DNA of 64,000 bases, taken from the NCBI GenBank assembly GCA_050173895.1, contig JBFXKJ010000001.1, forward strand, positions 12,732 to 76,731. The letters are read 5' to 3'. Of this stretch, positions 46,542-56,597 are shown in pieces. The stretch's first letter is position 1. Each line of letters opens with the position of its first letter. Origin of the DNA: Mangrovibacterium sp. (GTDB lineage Bacteria > Bacteroidota > Bacteroidia > Bacteroidales > Prolixibacteraceae). The position numbers were made by a program, and so were the translations under genes. The notes under the pieces are model-generated. The model did no database searches, was not told the origin of the DNA, and saw nothing but the letters and a program-made list of their open reading frames with translations.

Positions 46542-48257
46542 CTACTGAGCACTCTTTATTTCGAATGTTCCGGTCAGCTCTTCACTTTCCTTGTACCCAT
46601 ACCGTACCGCTTTAGCCCTGATCGTGTATGTTCCCGCATCAAGCCGGATCGCACCGGTGTAAAGTTTCCACCGGGGATTCTCACCCTCTTCAAACGTATA
46701 GACTAACGAAGCGCCGTGAGTCGGACAAAAAAGTGACAATGTCATCGGAGCTGTGAATGTTCCTCCTTCCCGGTGGTTTTTTGAAAACCTTTCTTCAGGC
46801 GAATTAAAGATAAACCAGGGTTTATCCGTTACCGGCTGTTTCTTGCCCGGCCACATCATTTCAATCATCTCCGGTTCATTCATTCTTCCCATGTCGTTTG
46901 TTTCGATCATCCACTGGTCGAGCAGTTGGCGCATGTTTTTCAGAATGTCCCTGTACTCCGGCGAGCTTGCCATGTTGATTAGCTGGTACGGATCTTTTTT
47001 TACGTCGTAGAGTTCTTCAGGAGGACGGGTGCCGGTCATCCACTTTTGCTGATCGGTTGTAAGTTTCCCTTCCGCATCAAGGCGCAACATTTCCTGCATG
47101 ATCGGCATCTTCGACAGATAAGGGATCCAGATGTTATAGCTGGTATTGGTGTAGAAATTGCGGATATAAAGGTGATCCCGGTTACGCACGGCCCGGATCA
47201 TATCGTATGACTCATCTACCCGGTCGCGAGCTGCAAAGATGTATTGCCGTCCATTCGCCGGGTCGTCATATTTCCCAAGGAACGGCCTGCCCTGCATGTG
47301 CGCCGGCGGACAAATACCGGCAAGAGAGAGTGCAGTGGGACCAAGGTCGATCGAACTGATTAACCGGTTGTCGACCGTCCCTTTTTTATACCCGTCGGGA
47401 AATTTCACAATCAGGGGAATGTGCAGGCCTGAATCATAGAGCCACCGTTTGGCACGGGGAAGCCCGTCGCCGTGATCACCCCAGAAAAAGATGATCGTGT
47501 TATCGAGTTCGCCTTCCGATTCCAGTTCATCGAGCAGCTTACCGGCCCATTCATCAAGGTTTGCGATATTATCATATTGTTTGGCGATATTTTTCCGCAC
47601 GGTTTCGTTATCCGGATAATAAGGGGGGACAACCACTTTGGAGGGGTCCGTTTTCACGTCGCTGATATCCCATGCCTGACTTTCGTGTGTTCCGGTATAG
47701 TTGAAAACGGCAAAAAAAGGTTGCTTTTTATCCTGCCGGTTTTTATAATGGGCTTTTTTGCCGCATTCGTCCCATATGCTGGCCGGGACCGGGTCGCGGG
47801 CGAATTGATAATCTGTTTTGCTGTTATTGGTACAATAATAGCCGGCAGCACGCATGTATTCGGTGAACGCCTTGACATAATGGGGCGGAACGGCTGTGAA
47901 AGTCAACGGATCTTCAACACTGCGACGATACGAAGTGGTCCGCATATGCATACACCCGATCGAAGTCTGGTACATACCGGTGATGATCCCGGCCCGTACG
48001 GGCGCACAAATGGCAGCAGTCGTATAGACATTGCCAAATACGATACCCTGCTTTGCTAAACGATCAAGCTGAGGTGTCCGGGCCACCGGATCGCCATAGC
48101 ATCCCAGCCGGGGACTGATATCTTCGGTCGAAATCCAGATTATATTCGGTGATTTCACGAGTGTTTGTTCCTGAGCCTGGACCGGATACGCAAAACCGGC
48201 AATGACTGCAGGAATGATTCCGGACAAAACGGGCTTCCTGATTGTTCTGATCTTCAT
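46542..48257 (-). CDS. Cys-type sulfatase with a C-terminal beta-sandwich domain
   Basis: Contains the STEDISP and CAPVRAGIITG (C-x-P-x-R) motifs. The ATG at 48257 (MKIRTIRK) is preferred because the track start at 48290 is a TTG. Confidence 0.82.
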   Translation of the reverse strand: MKIRTIRKPVLSGIIPAVIAGFAYPVQAQEQTLVKSPNIIWISTEDISPRLGCYGDPVARTPQLDRLAKQGIVFGNVYTTAAICAPVRAGIITGMYQTSIGCMHMRTTSYRRSVEDPLTFTAVPPHYVKAFTEYMRAAGYYCTNNSKTDYQFARDPVPASIWDECGKKAHYKNRQDKKQPFFAVFNYTGTHESQAWDISDVKTDPSKVVVPPYYPDNETVRKNIAKQYDNIANLDEWAGKLLDELESEGELDNTIIFFWGDHGDGLPRAKRWLYDSGLHIPLIVKFPDGYKKGTVDNRLISSIDLGPTALSLAGICPPAHMQGRPFLGKYDDPANGRQYIFAARDRVDESYDMIRAVRNRDHLYIRNFYTNTSYNIWIPYLSKMPIMQEMLRLDAEGKLTTDQQKWMTGTRPPEELYDVKKDPYQLINMASSPEYRDILKNMRQLLDQWMIETNDMGRMNEPEMIEMMWPGKKQPVTDKPWFIFNSPEERFSKNHREGGTFTAPMTLSLFCPTHGASLVYTFEEGENPRWKLYTGAIRLDAGTYTIRAKAVRYGYKESEELTGTFEIKSAQ

Positions 48258-48517
48258 AAGAAAAGGTTTGGTATTCAAAAATAAAAACAAATCTAAACAA
48301 AATCAAAATGAGTGGCAGAATAAGACCTGCATGCTCCTGAAAAAAGGTTGTTAGTTTGTTAGTCAACACAGATCAGAATGTGTGGCGGTACGCATAATTT
48401 TTCATGTTTTATTTTTTTCATTGATTCTTATTATGTATGTTGCCGTCCTGTATTCATTTACTACAGAATTGATGATCTGTAAATAAAAAACAAAACTGCC
48501 TGTCATTCAAAAAGGCG

Positions 48518-48895
48518 ATGAAAATAAGGGAAGTTATGCAAAAAGTATTAATCATTTTTAACCGGGAGCCATACGACAGTACGGACGTTACCTGGAATGG
48601 ACTGCGGCTCGCTGATACATTAAAGAAAAAGGGGCACGAGGTAAGAATTTTTCTGATGAATGACGCGGTGGATCTCGCACGCGACGCGTGCAAACCGCCT
48701 CAGGGATATGACCAGGACCTGTCGCAAATGCTTAGGGACTTGATTGGGAAAGGCGTACCGGTTGAGGTTTGCGGGACCTGCATGGCCCGTTGTGGCCTTT
48801 ATAAAAACCACCCGTATTTCGAAGGAGCAAATAAATCGACCATGGCATTCCTGGCTGATTGGGTAGCTGACAGTGACAAGGTGGTCACATTCTAA
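48518..48895 (+). CDS. DsrE/DsrF-like family protein
   Basis: A ~120 aa protein with the pattern KVLIIFNREPYD...RIFLMNDAV...CGTCMARCG, which I recognise from DsrE-family proteins. The second ATG at 48536 may be the true start. Confidence 0.6.
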   Translation: MKIREVMQKVLIIFNREPYDSTDVTWNGLRLADTLKKKGHEVRIFLMNDAVDLARDACKPPQGYDQDLSQMLRDLIGKGVPVEVCGTCMARCGLYKNHPYFEGANKSTMAFLADWVADSDKVVTF

Positions 48896-48958
48896 ATCAG
48901 TCCGGATAGATATTTTTGACGTCCACGTTTCGTGGACAAACAATGTTTATGGACAAAC

Positions 48959-49600
48959 TTAGTGCTCGCAGTGGCAACTGAGGCTTTCGCTCCTGGCCTT
49001 TTCAAACGATTCCCTGCCCTCTGAGAATGCAAACCAGGCAATACCCAGTGAGCCGGCAATATCGAACCAGCCGATCGCAAAAAGCTCGTACAGGATGCTT
49101 GAAGCAAGCAAAATAAAGGACAGGTAGAAGCAGGTTTTGGTGCAGTTTGCATCCATGATGATGGCATCGGAATGCAACTTTTTGCCCACCCGCAGTTTCC
49201 AGGTCATTAAAATATACATTGTGAGAATGGATAATGCGGATATAACGATACCTGCAATGGTGGTTTCGGGTTTGGTCCCTGCAATCCCGTTCAGCACGGA
49301 TCCGGCGATCAGTCCGGCAGCCAGGATATAGAAGGCAGTCCCGGTTATTTTAAGCGCCTGCCGTTCGAATTTGTCGTTTGAGCTGACATCGTGAATGCCT
49401 GCTCTTCTCATCCGGACAATCATGTGAAGAATGCCGACGCCCGAGAGAACTTCCACAAAGCTGTCGACCCCGAATCCTAAAAGTGCAAGCGTGTCATCGT
49501 TGATACCGAAAAATACGGAAACCACTCCTTCGGCGATATTGTAGACAATGGTTACAACTGCAAGGATGAAGGCTGTTTGGATTAATTTTTCTTTATGCAT
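48959..49600 (-). CDS. CDF-like cation transporter, membrane domain only, Cys/His-rich C-terminus
   Basis: 213 aa with about 6 TM segments. TM1-2 resemble the cation diffusion facilitator pattern (NIAEG...LALLGFGVDSFVEV). It ends in SLSCHCEH and has no cytoplasmic CDF domain. Confidence 0.45.
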   Translation of the reverse strand: MHKEKLIQTAFILAVVTIVYNIAEGVVSVFFGINDDTLALLGFGVDSFVEVLSGVGILHMIVRMRRAGIHDVSSNDKFERQALKITGTAFYILAAGLIAGSVLNGIAGTKPETTIAGIVISALSILTMYILMTWKLRVGKKLHSDAIIMDANCTKTCFYLSFILLASSILYELFAIGWFDIAGSLGIAWFAFSEGRESFEKARSESLSCHCEH

Positions 49601-49682
49601 AATTTGTCCTCTCCGGGCTTAAAGATAGCGAATTAAAATTGCAGGGGTTTGGGCCTGCATGACTTTTTGCCGATATCCCGGC

Positions 49683-50726
49683 TTAATATCTCCACCTGTT
49701 GGCCAGGGCCACCAGCGACAGCATGACGGGAACTTCAACCAGCACCCCAACCACCGTTACCAGGGCCGCCGGCGATTGTAATCCGAACAAGGCAATAGCC
49801 ACGGCAACGGCCAGTTCGAAAAAGTTGCTGGCGCCGATCATGGCTGCCGGCGAGCAGATGGCATGGGGAAGCTTTAATTTCCGGCCCCCGATCCAGGTGA
49901 TGAAGAAAATAAAGTAGGTCTGAATGACCAGCGGAATGGCAACCAGAACGATAATCAGCGGATTTTGGGTGATGGTGTTTCCCTGGAAAGCGAAAAGTAA
50001 AACCAGAGTAAGCAGCAGTGCCACAATCGACACGGGCTTGAACTTCGGCAGGAAATTTTCTTTAAACCACTGTTCGCCCTTTCGCCCGATAAGTGTTTTG
50101 TGGGTGATATACCCCGCGACCAGAGGAACGACCACAAATACGACCACGCTTGCAACCAGAGTATGATACGGAATCCGGACATTGGTTATTCCCAGCAAAA
50201 AACCGACAATCGGCACGAAGGCCACGAGGATGATCAGGTCATTGACGGAAACCTGTACCAGCGTATAGTTGGGATCGCCATCGGTGAGGTAACTCCACAC
50301 AAAAACCATGGCCGTACACGGGGCTGCACCCAGCAAGATGGCGCCGGCTATGTATTCTCCGGCAAGTTCGGGCTGAATAACAGCGGCATAGATCTTCGAA
50401 AAGAAGATCCATGCAAAAAAGGCCATGGTGAATGGCTTGATCAGCCAGTTGACGACCACCGTCAGGATCAGTCCTTTGGGGCGCTTCCCGACGGTTTTAA
50501 TACTCGAAAAATCAACCTGCAGCATCATCGGATAGATCATCATCCAGATCAGGACAGCTACCGGGAGGTTGACCCCGTAAATTTCCAGTTTGCTCAGAAA
50601 TTGTACACTTTCGCCCGAAAGACTGCCAATGATAATTCCGGCGCCTATGCAAAGAGCGACCCATAAAGTGAGGTATTTTTCAAAAAAGCCGATCCGCTTT
50701 TTACCCGTGGCCATAGCGTTATTCAT
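49683..50726 (-). CDS. acr3: Arsenite efflux transporter, ACR3 family
   Basis: [14 protein letters not shown] and the conserved GAAPCTAMV segment are present. Its start codon overlaps the arsM stop (ATGA). Confidence 0.88.
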   Translation of the reverse strand: MNNAMATGKKRIGFFEKYLTLWVALCIGAGIIIGSLSGESVQFLSKLEIYGVNLPVAVLIWMMIYPMMLQVDFSSIKTVGKRPKGLILTVVVNWLIKPFTMAFFAWIFFSKIYAAVIQPELAGEYIAGAILLGAAPCTAMVFVWSYLTDGDPNYTLVQVSVNDLIILVAFVPIVGFLLGITNVRIPYHTLVASVVVFVVVPLVAGYITHKTLIGRKGEQWFKENFLPKFKPVSIVALLLTLVLLFAFQGNTITQNPLIIVLVAIPLVIQTYFIFFITWIGGRKLKLPHAICSPAAMIGASNFFELAVAVAIALFGLQSPAALVTVVGVLVEVPVMLSLVALANRWRY

Positions 50727-51526
50727 TTAATGCCATTTACGGTGATGCTGAAAATTCCCATATTGCTTTTCTTCAGCAACTGCAACTCATCCTGGCTGAT
50801 GTAATTCAGCATGATGGAGTCGGGGATTTCGATCGCCTTTTCTTTTTTGATTTCGACAGCATGAAAGCCTTTGGCCCGGATCAGGTCGAGGTACGCGTTT
50901 TTTTGAACGGCGCCTGAAACACAACCGGCATACATTTCGGCGGCTTGACTGAGTTTTTCAGGGAGTTGCCCAATCAACACCACATCGGAGATGCAGAAGT
51001 GCCCTCCCGGTTTCAATACCCGGTATATTTCGCTGAAAGCTTTTTCTTTGTCCGGGACCAGGTTTAAAACGCAATTGCTGATGACCACATCAAATGTGTT
51101 ATCGGGCAAAGGCATTTCCTCAATGTCGCCCTTTATAAACTGAATATTGCTGAATCCTGTTTTTTGAAGGTTTGCATTTGCTTTTTCGACCATGGCATCG
51201 GTAAAATCAATGCCTGTAACACGACCTTCATCGCCCGTAAGCGTTCGCGCCACGAAGCAGTCGTTCCCGGCACCTGAGCCGAGGTCCAGGACATGGTCGC
51301 CTTTCCTGATCCCGGCGTATTGGGTCGGTAATCCGCAACCCAGGCCAAGGTCGGCGTCCGGATTATATCCTTCCAAAGCCGAATAATCGTCGCTGAAAAC
51401 GGAATAGTCCATCTCATTGCAACAGCTTGTCCCGCCGCAGCAGGAGCTTTGGTTTAATAACTTGCTCTGACCGGCAATCGCTCCGTATTTATCTTTTACA
51501 ATCAGTTTTAAATCTTCTGCTTTCAT
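50723..51526 (-). CDS. arsM: Arsenite S-adenosylmethionine methyltransferase
   Basis: Has the SAM motif [11 protein letters not shown]. Conserved cysteines lie in GLGCGLP, ISNCVLN and YAGCVSGA, and there is an N-terminal Cys-rich [10 protein letters not shown] segment. Confidence 0.85.
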   Translation of the reverse strand: MKAEDLKLIVKDKYGAIAGQSKLLNQSSCCGGTSCCNEMDYSVFSDDYSALEGYNPDADLGLGCGLPTQYAGIRKGDHVLDLGSGAGNDCFVARTLTGDEGRVTGIDFTDAMVEKANANLQKTGFSNIQFIKGDIEEMPLPDNTFDVVISNCVLNLVPDKEKAFSEIYRVLKPGGHFCISDVVLIGQLPEKLSQAAEMYAGCVSGAVQKNAYLDLIRAKGFHAVEIKKEKAIEIPDSIMLNYISQDELQLLKKSNMGIFSITVNGIK

Positions 51527-51951
51527 CTTAATTGTGGTTTAATTTTATTTTGATACAGATTTGAAAAAGCTTCCCTGATCTCATCACGCACGCGGCGGAA
51601 TTCACCCCAAATGTAATCGTCGGTACCCGTTGCATGTGAGGGGTCTTCAAAACCCATGTGCAGGCGGTTTTTCACCTTTCCGAAAAAAGCCGGGCAGGTT
51701 TCGTTGGCATGATCGCAAACCGTGATGACGTAGTCCCACTCCTCATTCAGATATTCATTGACCATTGTGGGTTGATGATGACTGATGTCGATGCCTTCTT
51801 CTTTCATCACCGCCACTGCTTTCGGATTTACCTGCGGGGCAGCCTCCGTTCCGGCCGAACGGACGATGATGTTTTTGTTGAACGACTGTAAAAAGCCATG
51901 AGCCATCTGGCTGCGGCAACTGTTGCCGGTGCATAAAATTAAAATCTTCAT
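51523..51951 (-). CDS. arsC: Arsenate reductase, LMW-PTP (thioredoxin-coupled) type
   Basis: The P-loop CTGNSCRSQMA is present. The ATG at 51951 (MKILILCTGN) lies 2 nt after the arsR TAA, and the stop overlaps the arsM start (ATGA). Confidence 0.85.
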   Translation of the reverse strand: MKILILCTGNSCRSQMAHGFLQSFNKNIIVRSAGTEAAPQVNPKAVAVMKEEGIDISHHQPTMVNEYLNEEWDYVITVCDHANETCPAFFGKVKNRLHMGFEDPSHATGTDDYIWGEFRRVRDEIREAFSNLYQNKIKPQLR

Positions 51952-51953
51952 CC

Positions 51954-52286
51954 TTACTTGCATTTAAAGTTTTCTGCCTTCAGCTTTTCCATGAAGAACA
52001 GGAGCATTTCTCTTAATTCCTCGATTTTTTCTGGATTCAGGCAGTAGTTGGTTCTCACTCCCTCAACATGGCCTTGTATGAGGCCGTTCTTTTTTAATTC
52101 CCCAAGATGCTGGTTTACCGTCGTCCTGCTCAAAGGGAGTTCCTCTGAAATGTCACCTGTGATGCAGGATTTGGTCTCGGCAAGATACTTCAGGATTTGT
52201 AACCTGGCAGGATGCGCCATCGCTTTGAAATACTCAGCACATACCTGCAATTCCGGATCGAAGAGATCTGTCTTAGATTGTACCAT
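51954..52286 (-). CDS. arsR: ArsR/SmtB-family metalloregulator
   Basis: 110 aa winged-HTH protein (AHPARLQILKYL...ISEELPLSRTTVNQHLGELK). It is the first gene of the ars operon. Confidence 0.85.
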   Translation of the reverse strand: MVQSKTDLFDPELQVCAEYFKAMAHPARLQILKYLAETKSCITGDISEELPLSRTTVNQHLGELKKNGLIQGHVEGVRTNYCLNPEKIEELREMLLFFMEKLKAENFKCK

Positions 52287-52296
52287 TCTTCAACTA

Positions 52297-52347
52297 TTTG
52301 ACGCAAATATACGTCAAATAATTTTATGGACGTATATATACGTCAAA
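52297..52347. promoter_or_regulatory. Two palindromes sharing an 11-nt direct repeat TATACGTCAAA, a candidate ArsR operator/promoter
   Basis: TTTGACG-N8-CGTCAAA lies at 52297-52318, and the perfect 16-bp palindrome GACGTATATATACGTC at 52329-52344. They are 11-61 nt upstream of the arsR ATG (52286). Confidence 0.55.
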
Positions 52348-52363
52348 AAAATCAGCAATTTTT

Positions 52364-53446
52364 TTACAGGTTCTGAACGCTTATGGTTACGCTTGCCCCG
52401 GGTTTGATCTCGTCGGTTGCCCGGAACAGCAGGGTATCGCCTTCGCTTAGTTCGCCGAAAATCTCAATGCCGTTTTCCTGGGAGATCCCCTCCCTGACGT
52501 CCACCCATTGTGTCTTTCCCTGGGTTACCCGGATCACGAACTTCTTTTCGAGTGTGGTGGTCACTGCCGGGAAAGGTATCAGAAAAGAACCTTCGGGCCG
52601 GTTTAGCTGAAGGCTGGCCATGGCATACATGCCGGCTTTTAGGTCGTTCCCTTGATTGTCGTATTCGTATTCCCACAGTTCGGTGCGCGTATCCGGATCA
52701 ATGCGGCCTGATTTTCTCGTCAGTTTGGCTGAGAATGTTTTATTCTTGACGGCCTCGGTTGTAAATGCCAGTGTTTTTTCGGCGGGAATGCTGTTTACGT
52801 ACGATTCGGGAACATTTACCCGGACCCTGAACTTGTCGTGCCGCTCGATTGTAAGCAGCGGATTTTTTGAGGCATTTGCATTTCCAACAAAATCGCCTGT
52901 ATAGATCGATCGCTGCGTGATCATTCCGTCAAATGGCGCACGGATGGTCAGATAATCGCCCATCTGTTTCCAGGCCTGCGTGGCCGATCGGGCAGATGCG
53001 AGCGCTGCGCTGTCGGCCAGCATCTGGTTTTGGGCGCTGATTAATTCGGCCTCGGCAACAACTCCCTCCTGCCTTGCCGCATTCTGAACGCGTGAATACT
53101 TGTCCCGGCTGTTCTGAAACCGGACCTGGGCCTGGTTGTGCAGAGCGCTGGCTTCGGCATATTGTGCAATTACTTCCGGAGCATCGAGTGCCACCAGCAC
53201 CTGTCCCTTTTTGACCCGTTCACCAATATCCACCTTCACATCCCGGACATAACCGTCAACTTTGGCGTGGATCTCAGCGCGTTCGTAGGGGAGCACTTCT
53301 GCCGGAATATCCAGGGTCTTGCTGATATCCTGCTTTTTTAGGATAAAGGCATTTTTCACATCGGCCACTTCTTTTTCTGCTTTTTTATCGGGTGAACAGG
53401 AAAGAAGGACGCTAAAAACGGCAGCGGTCAGTATGGATCTCTTCAT
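52364..53446 (-). CDS. RND efflux periplasmic adaptor (membrane fusion protein)
   Basis: 360 aa with a lipoprotein-like signal (VLLSCS) and HlyD/MFP coiled-coil and barrel-sandwich patterns. It lies downstream of the RND pump. Confidence 0.85.
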   Translation of the reverse strand: MKRSILTAAVFSVLLSCSPDKKAEKEVADVKNAFILKKQDISKTLDIPAEVLPYERAEIHAKVDGYVRDVKVDIGERVKKGQVLVALDAPEVIAQYAEASALHNQAQVRFQNSRDKYSRVQNAARQEGVVAEAELISAQNQMLADSAALASARSATQAWKQMGDYLTIRAPFDGMITQRSIYTGDFVGNANASKNPLLTIERHDKFRVRVNVPESYVNSIPAEKTLAFTTEAVKNKTFSAKLTRKSGRIDPDTRTELWEYEYDNQGNDLKAGMYAMASLQLNRPEGSFLIPFPAVTTTLEKKFVIRVTQGKTQWVDVREGISQENGIEIFGELSEGDTLLFRATDEIKPGASVTISVQNL

Positions 53447-53449
53447 TTT

Positions 53450-56400
53450 TCAGGATTTTATTTCTTCAAAATAGTTACTTTGGCGATCGTCGGGATCAAG
53501 TGAAACACTTTTAAAGGCATGTTTCCCGATCACGGTTCTGTACAGAAGCGGCAAAAGAAGCAGGGTGCTGACCATCGAAAATAAAAGGCCGCCGATGACT
53601 GCTACGCCCAACGGGGCTACCTGGTCGCCTCCTTCACCCAGCCCGACAGCCATAGGCATCATACCTGCGATCATGGCAAAGCTGGTCATCAGGATCGGTC
53701 GCAGACGATTGGAAGCCGCCGTGTACCAGGCGTTTTGATCGCCCTGCTTTCGTAATTCCTCGGCGTTAGTCATATAAAGAATGGCATTGGCAACCACGAC
53801 ACCCACAGCCATGATCGCTCCCATATACGACTGAATATTCAGGCTATGGCCGGTCGCCAGCAGAAGCAGGACCGCTCCTCCGATCACTGCGGGAAGGATC
53901 GAAACGGTGACCAGAGAAATTTTAAATGACTGAAAACTCGCGGCCAGCATCAGCAGGATGACCATGAGCGCAATGAGCAATCCCAGCCTGAGTTCGCTGA
54001 GTGTTTGGTTTAGCAGATCAACCTGACCTCGTTTCAGGATCTTCACTCCGGCAGGAAGCTCCCCCAGGTTTGCGATGGCCCGGTCGAGCGCTTTAATGCC
54101 CGCACCCAGATCTTCTCCACGGATATTGGCCGTCAGGGTGATAAAACGTTCCATGTTGAAGCGGTCATATTCGGCCGGGGTGCTCACCCGCTGCCAGCCG
54201 GCCACATCCCTGAGGTACACCTTACGGTTCTGATCGTTCACAACGGGGACCATCCCGATATCTTCCGGTTTGTCGACCTCGTACTGCGGGAATTCGACCT
54301 GGACCTGGTAGGCAACACCCGAAGCCGGATCGCGCCAATAATTGGGTTGTGTAAAGCGGCTGGACGAGGTGGCCGTAACCATCGATCTGGCGATATTGTT
54401 TACAGTCAGACCGAGTTGTCCTGCCTTGACCCGGTCGATGTCTATTTTCAGGCCAGGGTAGTCGAGCGGAGTGGTGATCTGCACATCCCGGAAAAAATCC
54501 GCTTCATTCAGCTTGCTTTGTAATCGCCGGGCGACCTGAAGCGATGCTTGCAGATTTCGTCCTAAAACGGCTACTTCGATGGGATTGGTTGAGCCGAGGT
54601 TCATGACCTGGTCTACCAGATCGCCCGGTTCGAATGAAAGCTGCGCACCGGGCATGCGGTCTTTAAACTGTGCCCGCAGTTCCTCTTTAAATTCCTCGAC
54701 GGGATAATCCGCATCTTTTGACAGGTTGATCCGGATAACAGCCTCGTGCGGACCGCTTGTCCACAGGTGAATGAGGTTGACCGGGAAACTGGACGGCTGG
54801 GTGCCGACAAAAGCGGAACTGATCGCGATATTTCCTTCACCCACGATTTCTTCGGCGGTTTTCAGAAGTTCCTTTGTGGCATCTTCGGTCCGTTCGATTC
54901 GGGTGCCGGTGGGCATCCGCAGGCGGACCTGCGTTTGGCCGGCGTCTACTTTCGGGAAAATATCCAGTCCAATAAAATAAAATCCGGCTCCCGTGAAAAC
55001 AGCAACCAAAATGAAATAAGCAGTCAGTGTCACGGCGCTTCTTGCTGTGAGGCGTTGGATTACGCCGAGGTACCAGGATTTAAACCGGTCGAAGCGGCCG
55101 TCCTTTTGCGTTTCCTGTTTCATGGGTTTCATGATCCAAACGGCCATGACCGGAACAAAGGTCATCGAAAGCAGGAAGGAGGCGATCATGGCAAACCCTA
55201 CCGCCAGCGACATGGGCATGAACATTCCCCGTGGTACGCCCGACATAAACAGCGCCGGTGCAAAAACAGAGAGGATACTGAACAGGATAAGCAGCTTGGG
55301 CGTGACGATCTCCTTACAACCATCGAGGATAGCCCGCACCCGGGGTTTACCCAGTTCGAGATGACGGTGAATATTTTCGATGGTAACGGTGGCCTCATCC
55401 ACCAGGATCCCCACTGCCAGTGCCAGCCCGCCCAGCGTCATAATGTTAATGGTCTGACCGGTCATATTCAACAGAATGACACTTGAAAGCAATGCCACGG
55501 GGATGGTAAGCACCACGATCAGTGCACCGCGGCGATCACCCAAAAAAAGCAGGACCATCAGGCCGGTAAGGATCGCACCAAGACCTCCTTCGAAAAGTAC
55601 ATTTTTCAGGGAGTTGATCACATAGCCTGACTGGTCGAATTCGTACGAAACGTGAATGTCGCCGGGGACGGCAGCCTGCATGTCGGGAAGCGCTCTTTTC
55701 ACATTCCTGACTACCTCCCAGGTCGACGCATCGGCCCGTTTGGTAACCGGGATATAGATCGACCGGGAACCGTTTACCAGGGCATAGCTGGTGAGGATAT
55801 CCGTTCCGATGGAGACATTGGCCAGGTCGCCCAGGTAAACTGAGGCTCCTTTGCCAAGTTTAAGCGGTATTTTTTCAAGGTCGCGGATATCTTCGACCAC
55901 CGCATTTTGAGGTGTGATCAGGGATTGGTCGCCCATTCGGATATTTCCGGCGGGAGACAGGGCATTTCCTTCGGCCAGGGCCCTGACAATCTCGTCGGGC
56001 GTATAATTGTAACGTTGTACTTTTTCCGGATCGAGCTTAACGATGACTGTTTTTGCCGCGCCCCCAAACGGAGGAGGGGCGGAAACTCCCGGCAGGGTTG
56101 AAAACATCGGGCGCACCTTGAACAGGGCCAGGTCGGCAATTTCGCCCAGTGTTCGCGTTTTTGATGAAAAAACAAGCTGCCCCACCGGCACACTTCCGGC
56201 GTCAAAACGGGTGATGAAAGGAGGAACGGTCCCCGGGGGCATAAAGGCCCGCGACCGGTTCACATAACCGACCACTTCGGCTGCAGCCTGGCTCATGTCG
56301 GTTCCTTCGTGAAAAATGATCTTGATCAGCGCGTTTCCTTGTACCGACTTCGATTCGACTGCCTTTACGCCCGTTACATAGAGAAAGTGGTATTCGTAAT

Positions 56401-56596
56401 AATTGGTTACAAACGATTCCATTTGCTCGGGCGAAAGCCCCCCGTAGGGCTGTGCAACATAGATCGTCGGTAACCCGAAGGTGGGAAAGATGTCCACTTT
56501 CATTTTTTTGACTGCCAAAAATGAAAAGAACGCGATCGCCAGCACGGCCACCATCACTGTAACGGGTTTCCTCAGTGCTCCTTCTATTAACTTCAT
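53450..56596 (-). CDS. RND efflux permease (AcrB/CzcA superfamily)
   Basis: 1048 aa with 12-TM RND architecture and two large periplasmic loops. Confidence 0.88.
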   Translation of the reverse strand: MKLIEGALRKPVTVMVAVLAIAFFSFLAVKKMKVDIFPTFGLPTIYVAQPYGGLSPEQMESFVTNYYEYHFLYVTGVKAVESKSVQGNALIKIIFHEGTDMSQAAAEVVGYVNRSRAFMPPGTVPPFITRFDAGSVPVGQLVFSSKTRTLGEIADLALFKVRPMFSTLPGVSAPPPFGGAAKTVIVKLDPEKVQRYNYTPDEIVRALAEGNALSPAGNIRMGDQSLITPQNAVVEDIRDLEKIPLKLGKGASVYLGDLANVSIGTDILTSYALVNGSRSIYIPVTKRADASTWEVVRNVKRALPDMQAAVPGDIHVSYEFDQSGYVINSLKNVLFEGGLGAILTGLMVLLFLGDRRGALIVVLTIPVALLSSVILLNMTGQTINIMTLGGLALAVGILVDEATVTIENIHRHLELGKPRVRAILDGCKEIVTPKLLILFSILSVFAPALFMSGVPRGMFMPMSLAVGFAMIASFLLSMTFVPVMAVWIMKPMKQETQKDGRFDRFKSWYLGVIQRLTARSAVTLTAYFILVAVFTGAGFYFIGLDIFPKVDAGQTQVRLRMPTGTRIERTEDATKELLKTAEEIVGEGNIAISSAFVGTQPSSFPVNLIHLWTSGPHEAVIRINLSKDADYPVEEFKEELRAQFKDRMPGAQLSFEPGDLVDQVMNLGSTNPIEVAVLGRNLQASLQVARRLQSKLNEADFFRDVQITTPLDYPGLKIDIDRVKAGQLGLTVNNIARSMVTATSSSRFTQPNYWRDPASGVAYQVQVEFPQYEVDKPEDIGMVPVVNDQNRKVYLRDVAGWQRVSTPAEYDRFNMERFITLTANIRGEDLGAGIKALDRAIANLGELPAGVKILKRGQVDLLNQTLSELRLGLLIALMVILLMLAASFQSFKISLVTVSILPAVIGGAVLLLLATGHSLNIQSYMGAIMAVGVVVANAILYMTNAEELRKQGDQNAWYTAASNRLRPILMTSFAMIAGMMPMAVGLGEGGDQVAPLGVAVIGGLLFSMVSTLLLLPLLYRTVIGKHAFKSVSLDPDDRQSNYFEEIKS

Positions 56597-56597
56597 G

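Noticed and set aside
54746-55486. A 246-aa plus-strand ORF inside the RND pump gene. Similar ORFs lie at 687-1427, 4427-5068, 25479-26150, 31339-32046, 47472-48059, 50100-50666, 59547-60164 and 62792-63430.
   Set aside because: All are antisense or out-of-frame overlaps of confidently assigned genes. Their translations are Arg/Gly/Pro/His-rich and show no family signatures. I treat them as shadow ORFs.
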